A stretch of DNA of 64,000 nucleotides from Bacteroidales bacterium. GTDB lineage: Bacteria; Bacteroidota; Bacteroidia; Bacteroidales; 4484-276. The notes beneath the pieces were generated by a model. It saw nothing but the letters and a program-made list of their open reading frames with translations. It was not told where the DNA came from and made no database searches. The stretch spans positions 10,242-74,241 of the forward strand of contig JACZJL010000027.1 of the NCBI GenBank assembly GCA_014860585.1. The letters run 5' to 3'. Made by a program: the position numbers and the translations under genes. Shown here in pieces: positions 63,354 through 64,000 of this stretch. Position 1 is the first letter of the stretch, and every line of letters starts with the position of its first letter.

Positions 63354-63941
63354 ATGGATAAAATCAAACTTGAGATTCTTGGAATGTCATACAGCCAGTC
63401 ACAGAGTGGCGCTTATGCACTGATCCTGGGGGAAGTGGATGGAAAACGCCGGCTTCCGATCATTATCGGTGGGTTTGAAGCACAGGCCATTGCTATCGAA
63501 TTGGAAAAAATGAAACCTGCCAGGCCGCTCACACACGATTTACTCAAAAGAGTGGCTGATGCATACGGAGTCAGGGTAAATGAGGTGATCATCAATAAAT
63601 TTTTTGAAGGTGTTTTTTATGCACAGCTCATTTGCGATGATGGCAAACAGGTAATGGAAATTGACTCGCGCACATCGGATGCAGTGGCCATTGCATTGCG
63701 CTTCAACTGCCCGATTTATACTTTCGAGAATATCATGTCGCAAGCCGGAATTGTGGTTCAGGACAACAAAGACGAAAAGCAGGAAGCCGAAGAGTGGTTT
63801 GGCGAGAAGGAGGATAGCCCTTACGAACGATTTTCTATTGCAGAACTAGAAGATATGATCCAAAAAGCTGTAGAATTGGAAGAATACGAAAAAGCTTCAA
63901 AAATAAGAGACGAGATTAAACGCCGAGAACGCACAAAATAA
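63354..63941 (+). CDS. Bifunctional nuclease family protein with C-terminal UVR motif
   Basis: LPIIIGGFEAQAIAI, RPLTHDL, DSRTSDAVAIALR. The C-terminal EEYEKASKIRDEIKRRE is UvrB/C-like. Start taken at ATG 63354. Confidence 0.8.
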   Translation: MDKIKLEILGMSYSQSQSGAYALILGEVDGKRRLPIIIGGFEAQAIAIELEKMKPARPLTHDLLKRVADAYGVRVNEVIINKFFEGVFYAQLICDDGKQVMEIDSRTSDAVAIALRFNCPIYTFENIMSQAGIVVQDNKDEKQEAEEWFGEKEDSPYERFSIAELEDMIQKAVELEEYEKASKIRDEIKRRERTK

Positions 63942-64000
63942 TGATATTTGCACCGAAGTTTTAATTCATGATTTTTTAATCAAAATTTCGGTATGAAAAA

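Noticed and set aside
63953-63994. Imperfect inverted repeat accgaagtttt/aaaatttcggt after the nuclease gene.
   Set aside because: It has a 10/11 match and a 20-nt loop. It overlaps an ATG at 63993 that may start the next gene, and the window ends before this can be judged.
1-64000. Mobile element or genomic island hallmarks (integrase, transposase, tRNA target, direct-repeat borders) around the cytochrome operon or the PUL.
   Set aside because: I found none in the window. Only the small palindromic elements are present, so horizontal acquisition can be neither claimed nor excluded from this sequence alone.

Overview
64 kb from a Bacteroidota-type genome, judged from a SusC/SusD pair, many lipoprotein signal peptides, T9SS C-terminal sorting domains and TTTG/TAnnTTTG-type promoter boxes. 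I recognised no rRNA, tRNA, CRISPR array, transposase or integrase. All family calls come from motifs read by eye and from memory; no search was run. There are three blocks. (A) 1-37171, every gene on the minus strand: a ~37 kb polysaccharide utilisation locus. It holds a LuxR-type transmembrane sensor/regulator, SusC, SusD, two surface glycan-binding lipoproteins and a GH16 laminarinase. It also holds one MFS sugar porter, two GPH symporters, four GH17 genes (two lipoproteins, two without a signal peptide), GH30 and two clan GH-A TIM-barrel lipoproteins. The remaining genes are a 1155-aa cytoplasmic phosphorylase-like protein, two very large CBM-repeat surface proteins, and a GH81-like gene cut by the window edge. 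The content points to beta-1,3/1,6-glucan (laminarin-type) use with an unusually elaborate cytoplasmic branch. (B) 37727-46241, plus strand: the most interesting part, a tightly coupled five-gene operon. Its genes are a 5-TM protein with two H-x13-H helices (di-haem-b-like), a membrane-tethered 2x[4Fe-4S] + FAD/NAD(P) flavoprotein, a 20-CxxCH cytochrome, a 40-CxxCH cytochrome built from four 9-haem modules, and a predicted outer-membrane beta-barrel. I read it as a candidate NAD(P)H-to-cell-surface electron conduit, and I do not know a characterised equivalent in Bacteroidota. (C) 46.2-64 kb: an OB-fold-like lipoprotein, a 1214-aa S8 peptidase with MAM domain and T9SS tail, a T9SS cargo gene split by one in-frame TGA, then ordinary housekeeping genes. 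The housekeeping genes are threonine aldolase, acyl-CoA dehydrogenase, dNK, fructosamine kinase, an ECF sigma/anti-sigma pair, mgtE, GT2, an FkbM methyltransferase and a bifunctional nuclease. A small structured palindromic repeat family occurs at least twice; one copy lies inside the 5' end of the GH30 reading frame.
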